Of a DNA stretch of 26,600 bases, positions 17,696 to 24,411 are shown piece by piece. The notes under the pieces are model-generated. The model saw only the letters and a program-made list of their open reading frames with translations, did no database searches and had not been told where the DNA came from. Every line of letters starts with the position of its first letter. Within the stretch, counting starts at the first letter, position 1. The translations under genes were made by a program, and so were the position numbers. The DNA is from a virus (Duplodnaviria > Heunggongvirae > Uroviricota > Caudoviricetes), in IMG/VR virus record IMGVR_UViG_2671180740_000004, positions 1-26,600 of that record. One strand, 5' to 3'.

Positions 17696-18622
17696 TCATT
17701 GGCGTACCTCCTTCGGCGGTTCTGGTAGCGGCATCCAGTGGGTTACTTCTTTGAGATGCAGGTCTTCGCCATCACCGTCATCCCAAGTGGGATTGCCATC
17801 ATTAAACCAGTCGCCATATACGCCGACCTGAGTGTTGGGGATGCTTGGTGGGTAGTTGTTTTTAAAGTCAGCTGCTAACACATAGTATTGTCGCTCTCCC
17901 ATTTCTGGCATTCGATCACTACAGCTTATCCAACCATCCGGAGTTACCGGAACTGGCGGAACGGCTGTTTGCTCTCGAACGTCATTAGTCGCTATCGGTT
18001 CTGCTGCCAACTGACTGGCATATTTGTTAATGGTAACGATAAGCTCTTGCTCAGCCTCATCCAGACAATCACCGATACCTCGCCTGTCACCGTCAAAATC
18101 ATCGAAATCGGCACGAATCTTGGCAACCTTCTGGATTGCGGACAACACCTCACTAGGAATTACCGGATAGTTGGTTGACGTTTCCGCGATTTCCCGAAAA
18201 TTATTGGTTGACGAATTCTTGTTTTCCCGAAAGTTTCCGGACTGAAGCATGGCGGCGCGGCAGGCATTCCAGCCTCTTACCTCTGCAATAGCGGCAACCG
18301 CATCAACCGCGTACATGCTAAGAGGATTAGGCATTGGTTTTTCTTCCGGTACTACTGGTGCTGGAGGGGCGGCGTAAATGCCCTCTATCACTAAATGTTT
18401 GCGCTCAAAATCATCTGGCTCTCGATGATATACGTAACTCCAATCACCAAGGTTATCATTGCGCCTGCAACGGAAACCTATCGGCTCGGCTTCCAGCGCT
18501 GCCAGAGCAATTCGTGCCAGTTCTTCCGCTTCTTCTGCTGGCAGTACAACGTTGCTACCAGGTCCGTATGTTTCGCGCCACTGCTTGATTGTCAGTAGTC
18601 GCTCTTTGGTAATAGTGATCAT
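17696..18622 (-). CDS. DUF551-domain prophage protein (308 aa)
   Basis: The C-terminal WISCSDRMPE...VTHWMPLPEPP is the DUF551 signature common in lambdoid early regions. The gene has an ATGA overlap with the upstream gene. Confidence 0.75.
   Translation of the reverse strand: MITITKERLLTIKQWRETYGPGSNVVLPAEEAEELARIALAALEAEPIGFRCRRNDNLGDWSYVYHREPDDFERKHLVIEGIYAAPPAPVVPEEKPMPNPLSMYAVDAVAAIAEVRGWNACRAAMLQSGNFRENKNSSTNNFREIAETSTNYPVIPSEVLSAIQKVAKIRADFDDFDGDRRGIGDCLDEAEQELIVTINKYASQLAAEPIATNDVREQTAVPPVPVTPDGWISCSDRMPEMGERQYYVLAADFKNNYPPSIPNTQVGVYGDWFNDGNPTWDDGDGEDLHLKEVTHWMPLPEPPKEVRQ
18171..18236. repeat. imperfect 33-bp tandem duplication inside the DUF551 gene
   Basis: Units 18171-18203 and 18204-18236 both begin TTGGTTGACG and contain TTCCCGAAA (25/33 identical). 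They encode NFRENKNSSTN / NFREIAETSTN. Confidence 0.7.
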
Positions 18623-19134
18623 GCCGCGTTTCCTTCTTTCTTATTAACAATTACACCGTCATATATTTCATTAAGGTGCCCTCTCAACTCCATGCGCCTT
18701 AATGCAGATAACATGTAATCGCATTCAACCTGCTTATTCCCAATAAAAGGTTTATCTTCAGGGTTACCCCAACAGCAATTCCCCTTGGGCCATCCATGTA
18801 CTTTCCGTACTCTTCCGTTAACAACGTGAAGTAATCCCCAGCCAGGTGGTAAATCCTCAATTGAAATAATTCCCGGCGCACTAATAAAGAATCGCCAGTC
18901 GCCCATTCCAAGAGACGGATTTTTACGAAAACGCTTTTTTCTATCTGCCAACAAGTCAGCACGAGAACATTTCGCCTCTATCAGGCATGATGCTGAATTT
19001 CTGAATCCCATAGCATCTGGCTGTTCTCCGGTACTGGTTACAGCTATAAAGCGGTCATGAAAACAAACCTTGAACCCGTTGCGCTTAAGGAACTTGTACG
19101 CAATCTGACAGAGTTCGCGGTGTGTTAACGCCAT
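18619..19134 (-). CDS. PD-(D/E)xK nuclease-superfamily-like protein (171 aa)
   Basis: AAGGAG (19146-19141) lies 6 nt before ATG 19134. The motif is ...EQPDAMGF-x7-LIEAKCSRADL (D...E-x-K). Confidence 0.5.
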   Translation of the reverse strand: MALTHRELCQIAYKFLKRNGFKVCFHDRFIAVTSTGEQPDAMGFRNSASCLIEAKCSRADLLADRKKRFRKNPSLGMGDWRFFISAPGIISIEDLPPGWGLLHVVNGRVRKVHGWPKGNCCWGNPEDKPFIGNKQVECDYMLSALRRMELRGHLNEIYDGVIVNKKEGNAA

Positions 19135-19135
19135 A

Positions 19136-20086
19136 TCACTCTCCTTTGATGCGAATGCCAGCAAGCCAGTTTCTTATGCCGATATATTCAGCGTTCCGGA
19201 AACCGCTTTTTACATATATAAATGGCAAGCGAAGATTGTGACCATTGACTGCCAGGTAGTCTTTACAACCCTGTTCGGTGAAACAGCAGGTAACGAATTC
19301 ATCAATATCTTTCACAGCAACGCGCCGCCATTTTTCTGGTGGCTCTCGAAAGTTTTCATGAAGTAGCTCGAGACGACGACTATGGCGTTTATTGGCTTCA
19401 TTGCCATCTTCGTCAACCCAGACAATCCGGTCATGGTCATAATCAGCATCAACAACGATTTCGCGCTTTTGATACACACAAAACATGGGATCTGACGTTA
19501 TTCGATTGTCCTGTGTTCGAATATTTTCACCGATGATGCCAAACGAATCTGGTGCAGATTTTGTCTGCATCTCTTCGATACGTTCAGCCATCGCAGCACA
19601 CTCTTCAAAGTTGCTTAATGCTTTTCGCTCCCATTCGGCGCATTGTTTTTCCAGTTCTGCTATGCGCTTACTTCCATCCGCGATTACTCCCTCGTAATAT
19701 TCACGCTGCTCGTTGAGTTTTGATTTTGCTGCTTCAAGCTCAACGCGCAGCTTCCCTACCGTAAGCGCAATATCCTCGTTCTCCTGGTCGCGGCGTTTGA
19801 TGTATTGCTGGTTTCTTTCCCGTTCATCCAGCAGTGCCAGCACGGTAGCCGGATTGGCTGCGGCGATGAATTCAGCATTGGCCTGCTGTTCCATTTGGAA
19901 ATCTTCATCGAAACCGCTTTCAGGATGTGCTCCTTCAATTCTGCAAATGGGAATATATCCAGCAGCCTCGCGATGAATTAGTGCATCATCACCATCAAAT
20001 CGGTTCTCTCCATATTCGAGCGACCACTCACCACGCGTTGCTTTTTCTGCCTTTTCACGCAGTACCTGATAGTTAATCTCGCTCAT
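19136..20086 (-). CDS. Ead/Ea22-like protein (316 aa) with an extra C-terminal domain
   Basis: The N-terminus SEINYQVLREKAEKATRGEW...ANAEFIAAANPATVLALLDE is typical of Ea22-like proteins, followed by a central coiled coil. ATG 20086 is preferred over the track's TTG 20110. Confidence 0.7.
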   Translation of the reverse strand: MSEINYQVLREKAEKATRGEWSLEYGENRFDGDDALIHREAAGYIPICRIEGAHPESGFDEDFQMEQQANAEFIAAANPATVLALLDERERNQQYIKRRDQENEDIALTVGKLRVELEAAKSKLNEQREYYEGVIADGSKRIAELEKQCAEWERKALSNFEECAAMAERIEEMQTKSAPDSFGIIGENIRTQDNRITSDPMFCVYQKREIVVDADYDHDRIVWVDEDGNEANKRHSRRLELLHENFREPPEKWRRVAVKDIDEFVTCCFTEQGCKDYLAVNGHNLRLPFIYVKSGFRNAEYIGIRNWLAGIRIKGE

Positions 20087-20357
20087 TTTTCTCTTCGCTC
20101 CGGTATACAAGAATTACAACGTCACCTCTGCTAATTACGCGAGCTGGATCTCCTGGCTCCATGCTGTCAATCCCGAAGGCTTCGGAAAACGCATTCATTG
20201 CCTTCTGGCGTTGATCCTGCTTACGGCATTTATTCCATTTTTTCAGTAACAACAGCGATAGCCACCGCCCGGCGCAGAACATAATGTAAAAATAACCAAG
20301 AAGCGCCAGACCTGTGTTGAGGGCCGTATCGATCGTTATAGTGGTGTCTATGCTCAC
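20073..20357 (-). CDS. small membrane protein (94 aa)
   Basis: The GTG start forms a GTGA overlap with the TraR-like stop. It has one hydrophobic helix (LALLGYFYIMFCAGRWLSLLLL). Confidence 0.55.
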   Translation of the reverse strand: MSIDTTITIDTALNTGLALLGYFYIMFCAGRWLSLLLLKKWNKCRKQDQRQKAMNAFSEAFGIDSMEPGDPARVISRGDVVILVYRSEEKNERD

Positions 20358-20575
20358 TTCACACCTCTCTGTTTGTTGATAAGTTCAATATCCTGCTGGC
20401 AACTGGCGCAAGTTCGGCATCCGCGAACAGCCTGGCGTCGCCGCTCATCTATCGGATCGCCACACTCGCAACAATGAGTAGCAGATGGGGCATTACTTTC
20501 GGATTTGTATTTTTGCAGGGAGAGATTGCGCTGCAATTCTTCGATTTCAGCGGCATTGTCGATGATATCTGCCAT
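20354..20575 (-). CDS. TraR/DksA-family C4 zinc-finger protein (73 aa)
   Basis: Two Cys pairs (CCEC...CRTCASC) in the spacing and context typical of phage TraR-like proteins. The RBS is AAGGAAAGGAAA before ATG 20575. Confidence 0.8.
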   Translation of the reverse strand: MADIIDNAAEIEELQRNLSLQKYKSESNAPSATHCCECGDPIDERRRQAVRGCRTCASCQQDIELINKQRGVK

Positions 20576-20595
20576 TTTCCTTTCCTTCAGGCATG

Positions 20596-20618
20596 AAAAA
20601 AGGAGCCGAAGCTCCTTT
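20596..20618 (-). terminator. rho-independent terminator after antA
   Basis: AAAGGAGC (20599-20606) / GCTCCTTT (20611-20618) with a CGAA loop. A U-run follows on the minus strand. Confidence 0.75.
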
Positions 20619-20622
20619 GGTA

Positions 20623-21246
20623 TCAGAATTCAAATTGTCTTGCTCTTAGTTGCGCTAGCATACTTCTGGCCCTATGCACCATATAGTTGGCGGGATCAAG
20701 TTTTGCTGCTTCGCGGAGCAATGTGTCGCGAGTCCGGTTGGTTATATGACGAGTCTCGTAGGCCAGATCAAACAGTTTCCCGTAGTAATCAGAATTCAGT
20801 TCTCTCATGACGGGGTATAGCTGCTTACTGAGTTGTTGTGCTTTTTCCATCCAGAGTTGAACGTAGCAGAGCAGGATGATGTCTTCTGCTGTGAATTGCT
20901 GCTCAGTTTGTACTGGCTGAATGTTGCGAAGTTTCTTTTCGCACTCGATGAAGTATCGGCGTATCTGGCGGCCTTTTTCGTTACGTTCAACCATCGCAAG
21001 CTCTTTGGCTGTGTCGAGGGTGAGGTGGTAATCCTTGCGGCGGCGGCCTGGAGTTTTCGCCAAATTTGGCGAAAATAGAATGTAGTCTAAATTTTCTACG
21101 AATCCATACTCGTTTAGCTTGGCCCGTATCCAGTTAGAAAAATCTTTACCTACCTCTAAAAATCCATGCAAATCACGCGCGTTCACCAGAAGCGTAGGTT
21201 CATTTGAGATTGTACCTTCAAACACAGGGATGAGTTGAGTGGTCAT
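20623..21246 (-). CDS. antA: AntA/AntB-domain phage antirepressor (207 aa)
   Basis: AAGGAGG (21258-21252) precedes ATG 21246. The sequence MTTQLIPVFEGTI...ARDLHGFLEVGKDFSNWI...YGFVENLDY fits the AntA domain. The track's 54-codon extension from GTG 21408 covers a structured leader and is rejected. Confidence 0.8.
   Translation of the reverse strand: MTTQLIPVFEGTISNEPTLLVNARDLHGFLEVGKDFSNWIRAKLNEYGFVENLDYILFSPNLAKTPGRRRKDYHLTLDTAKELAMVERNEKGRQIRRYFIECEKKLRNIQPVQTEQQFTAEDIILLCYVQLWMEKAQQLSKQLYPVMRELNSDYYGKLFDLAYETRHITNRTRDTLLREAAKLDPANYMVHRARSMLAQLRARQFEF
21002..21040. repeat. 39-bp perfect direct repeat, copy 1 (inside antA)
   Basis: TCTTTGGCTGTGTCGAGGGTGAGGTGGTAATCCTTGCGG is identical to 21530-21568. 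Confidence 0.95.
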
Positions 21247-21421
21247 GATGACCTCCTTTGGCTTTTTTCGAGAAATGCCACCACAAAATGTGGTGCCGGG
21301 AGGCTCGAAACGGCCCAAAAGATACCGCGGACTTATTCCCCTTGCGGGTGTTGTATTCGTCGCCCTCCCGACATTGATCGGGGATGTGACCGCACACTGT
21401 GCTATCACTGAATAACAGGCA
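21247..21421 (-). promoter_or_regulatory. structured 5' leader of antA (module 1), candidate riboregulator
   Basis: RNA helices are CCCGA/UCGGG around AUCAAUG; CGGGAGG (from plus 21363-21370) / CCUCCCG (from plus 21296-21303); CCC-GCAA-GGG (21338-21348); and CACCACA/UGUGGUG (21279-21295). CCUCC is complementary to the SD GGAGG (21252-21256). Confidence 0.5.
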
Positions 21422-21482
21422 TAAAAAATCCAACACTGACGGGGTTGGTTTAATCCGCTTTTGGGAGGTTTTCGAGGCCTCG
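21422..21482 (-). ncRNA. candidate short promoter-proximal RNA ending at an intrinsic terminator (module 1)
   Basis: The predicted start is about 7 nt after TATACT. The RNA contains an A-flanked CCUCCC (plus-strand GGGAGG 21463-21468). The terminator is CCAAC/GUUGG (21448-21430) plus U6 (21428-21423). Confidence 0.4.
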
Positions 21483-21488
21483 GCGCGG

Positions 21489-21518
21489 AGTATAGTCAGT
21501 ATTGGACGCAGTCGTCAA
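21489..21518 (-). promoter_or_regulatory. sigma70-like promoter, module 1
   Basis: TTGACG (21518-21513), 18-nt spacer, TATACT (21494-21489). The -35 box is formed at the truncation point of antA'. Confidence 0.45.
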
Positions 21519-21783
21519 CCATCGCCGTTTCTTTGGCTGTGTCGAGGGTGAGGTGGTAATCCTTGCGGTTGTGACCGCCTCTACCAGATGTTTGCTTTCC
21601 CAAATTGGAAAGCAAAATATAGTCTTGATTTTCAATGAATTCGTATTCTGAAATGCGATTTGTAATCCATGCCGCAAACACCTTTTTCACGCCTAAAAAA
21701 GCATGCAGATCGCGGGCATTGCAGAGTAGGGCTGTTTCGTTGTCGATAGTGCCGTTGAATACGGGGATGAGTTGATTAGCCAT
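21496..21783 (-). pseudogene. truncated AntA-domain gene (95 aa; loses homology after ...TAKETAMV)
   Basis: AGGAG (21796-21792) precedes ATG 21783. MANQLIPVFNGTIDNE...ARDLHAFL... parallels antA, then ends DDCVQY* where antA continues ERNEKGRQIRRYF. Confidence 0.7.
21530..21568. repeat. 39-bp perfect direct repeat, copy 2 (inside antA')
   Basis: Identical to 21002-21040, with a 528-bp offset. Confidence 0.95.
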
Positions 21784-21937
21784 AATTATGACTCCTGACG
21801 TTTTAGTATTGACTGCCACCTTAGTGGGGTGGCGGGCTTCAACTACCGCGTCAGACGGCGGAGCGTATTTCCCGAAAGGGTATTGTATTAGGCTCTCTCG
21901 ACCCGCCATTGATATGGCGATACCTGTAAACAGGCAT
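21784..21937 (-). promoter_or_regulatory. structured 5' leader of antA' (module 2), same architecture as module 1
   Basis: RNA helices are CGCCAU/AUGGCG (21919-21904); GGCGGG (21907-21902) / CCCGCC (21836-21831); CCC-UUUC-GGG (21880-21871); and GCCACC/GGUGGC (21833-21815). CUCC..CUGACG (21863-21849) is complementary to the RBS CGUCAGGAG (21800-21792). Confidence 0.5.
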
Positions 21938-21985
21938 AAAAAAGCCGCAAAGCTATCGGGTGCGGTTGACCGCTGACGTTGTAGT
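21938..21985 (-). ncRNA. candidate short promoter-proximal RNA ending at an intrinsic terminator (module 2)
   Basis: The terminator is CCGCA/UGCGG (21965-21945) plus U6 (21943-21938). An alternative hairpin GCGG-UCAA-CCGC (21973-21962) shares the CCGC arm. The RNA contains ACGUCAG (21979-21973). Confidence 0.4.
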
Positions 21986-21991
21986 GCGGTC

Positions 21992-22021
21992 AGTATGCGA
22001 TAGCTCTGGCAGATTTGTCAA
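21992..22021 (-). promoter_or_regulatory. sigma70-like promoter, module 2
   Basis: TTGACA (22021-22016), 18-nt spacer, CATACT (21997-21992). Confidence 0.5.
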
Positions 22022-22110
22022 ATCGTGCAGTAACATCCTTTTCTTCCTTGCCATTTCTCAATGATGACAAAGGGTGGATTCGGATTGGTATTGGGACAAA
22101 AGTGAGACAC

Positions 22111-22144
22111 ACAAAGCTTTGCATCGGCTTACAAAGCTTTGCAT
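22111..22144. promoter_or_regulatory. two operator-like copies of ACAAAGCTTTGCAT spaced 20 bp apart
   Basis: Identical 14-mers at 22111-22124 and 22131-22144, each centred on the perfect 10-bp palindrome CAAAGCTTTG. Confidence 0.45.
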
Positions 22145-22218
22145 GTTTTTCAATGTTGGGACGTGTGAGCGCAGAAATGACGGGCTATCTAATTGATTTT
22201 AAACGATACGTAACCAAC

Positions 22219-22302
22219 TTTAAAATCTTTGCACGCCAGTTCGCAGGTTTTACAGCCAGTACAGCGGCTGGAATCGATAAAAAATCCATATTGTGTGGTC
22301 AT
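22219..22302 (-). pseudogene. ynfG: 5' fragment (28 codons) of the ynfG/dmsB-type 4Fe-4S subunit gene
   Basis: AGGAG precedes ATG 22302, 10 nt after the ynfF stop. The fragment encodes MTTQYGFFIDSSRCTGCKTCELACKDFK and then runs into unrelated DNA (VGYVSFKIN*, stop at 22189-22191). Confidence 0.75.
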
Positions 22303-22312
22303 GGGCTACTCC

Positions 22313-24354
22313 TTAAACCTTTTCGATCTGGACAAGATTGCTGTGCGACGGGTTTCCCTTTGCCAGCGGTGAAGGGCGGTGAGAGGTCAGAATATTGATA
22401 CTGCCGCCGTGATCGACCCGGTCACCAAACATATCCGCTTTAAGCCACGCACCTTGCCCGATGGCGGTAACGCCAGGCAGAATACGCGGAGTCACTTTTG
22501 CGGCAATCAGCATTTCTCCATTATTGTTAAATACCCGCACGGTATCGCCATGACGGATACCGCGTGCCTGAGCATCAATGGGGTTGATCCACACCTCTTG
22601 TGGGCAGGCCTGCTGTAACACATCAATATTGCCGTAGCTGGAGTGGGTACGCGCTTTGGTTTGGCGACTTCACTCAGCATCCAGTAGATGGGTTTGCGTT
22701 CAAATTTTGCTGAGGTTGCGGGTTGGGCGAGGATCACATAGCCCATATTCCCTGCAGATTCATGAGAGATAAGGTCTTCTTGCTCTGTTGGCATCAGGTC
22801 AGGCAACAGGATATCGCAATACTTAGCCGAGGCCGTCATGAAGTGGTCAATGCCAACAATCATCTCGCACTTGCTGTCATCCTGAAGCACCTCATGGGTG
22901 TGATTGATGTCGCCATGTTGATTGATCAATGTGTTACTGGCGTAGCACCATAAAAACTTGATGGGGACATCCAGTTTTTCTTTTCCACGAACACCATCAC
23001 GGGTCGCGGTCATTTTCGTACCATGGTCGATGGCATCTGTCCATGTAAAAACGGAAATCTGCGTTTTAACAGGATTCTCGAGCATCGGGAACCATTCTAC
23101 CCCCAGATCCCAGCTACCTTCGCGTACACCTGAGTTGCCGCCGTTTATGCCGACGTTACCGGTAAGAACGGAAAGCATGGCAATAGCGCGGGACGTTTGT
23201 TCGCCGTTGGAGTGTCGTTGTGGCCCCCAACCCTGACAAATATAAGCAGGTTTTGCTGAACCGATCTCTCGTGCCAACTGGATAATTTTTTCTGCCGGGA
23301 TGCTGGTGATTTTTGCTGCCCATTCCGGCGTTTTAGCTATGCCGTCAGGCCCTTCGCCCAGAATATAGGCTTTATAATGCGCGTTACGTGGTGCGTTGGC
23401 GGGCAGCGTTTTTTCATCGTAACCAACACAATATTTGTCGAGAAATGGCTGATCGACCATGTTTTCAGTAATCAGTACCCAGGCAATCGCACAGGCCAGT
23501 GCGCCATCGGTGCCAGGGCGAATGGGCAGCCATTCATCTTCACGCCCGGCAGCTGTGTCGTTATAGCGTGGATCGATGACGATCATGCGTGCGTTTGAAC
23601 GTTCGCGGGCTTGCTCGACGTAGTAAGTGACACCACCGCCGCTCATCCGCGTTTCTGCCGGGTTATTTCCGAACATAACGACCAGTTTCGTATTGGCGAT
23701 ATCATCCGGGCTGTTGCCATCATTGGCACCGAACATATAACTCATTGCGGCACTGATCTGTGCGGTACTGTAGCTGCCATAGCGACTGAGAAAACCCCCG
23801 CAAGAGTTCATCAGACGGTACGGGACGTTCGAGTTGGTGATATTTCCGCCATCTACGCCTGTTCCGTACAGGACATGTACAGCCTCATTGCCGTAATCTT
23901 TCAGGATCCGCCGAAGATTATCACTGATGGTATCCAGGGCTTCGTCCCAACTTATCCGTTCAAATTTACCTTCACCGCGCTCGCCGACGCGCTTCATGGG
24001 ATATTTCAACCTGTCAGGATGATTCATCCGTCGGCGGATAGAGCGCCCGCGTAAACATGCCCGAACCTGATGATTACCGTAAACGTCGTCACCTGTCGTA
24101 TCAGACTCCACCCAGTACACGGTGTCATCTTTCACATGCAAACGTAGCAGACAGCGGCTCCCGCAGTTAACGGTGCAGGAACTCCAGACCGTTTTCTCTT
24201 CTACCGGAGCCTCTGCCGCCCGGACCATTTGGGAAAATGGCAGAGTGAAAGCACTGCTTGCCAGCGCGAGACTGCCAAGTGCGGAGGTTTTCATCAGACT
24301 TCTATGGCTGATTTCAGCCTTCATGAGCGCCTCTGTGGTATGGATTTTCATCAT
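22313..24354 (-). pseudogene. ynfF: ynfF (Tat-dependent molybdoenzyme of the DmsA family) with an internal frameshifting deletion
   Basis: The N-terminal part (24354 to about 22660) and the C-terminal part (22621-22313) lie in different frames. The junction SEVAK|(P)KRV... is at about 22658-22660. The ynfE paralog in this same window has 130 codons (390 nt, 24754-25143) between the equivalent points. Confidence 0.8.
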
Positions 24355-24411
24355 TACTCACTTATTGCTTTTCAAACAAAATGTCATGCCAGAATTTATG
24401 GTTGTAGTGGG

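Noticed and set aside
21247-21408. 54-codon N-terminal extension of antA from GTG 21408, and likewise 21784-21909 for antA'
   Set aside because: AntA-domain similarity starts at the internal ATGs, which have strong SD sequences. The extensions cover the structured leaders and read across terminator-proximal sequence.
21402-21411. TCAGTGATAG (minus strand), identical to a tetO half-site core
   Set aside because: It is only a 10-nt half-site with no dyad partner or TetR gene, so it is taken as coincidence.
22015-22398. 127-aa plus-strand ORF
   Set aside because: It runs across phage DNA, the ynfG fragment and the ynfF 3' end, antisense to both genes. It is an artefact of the junction.
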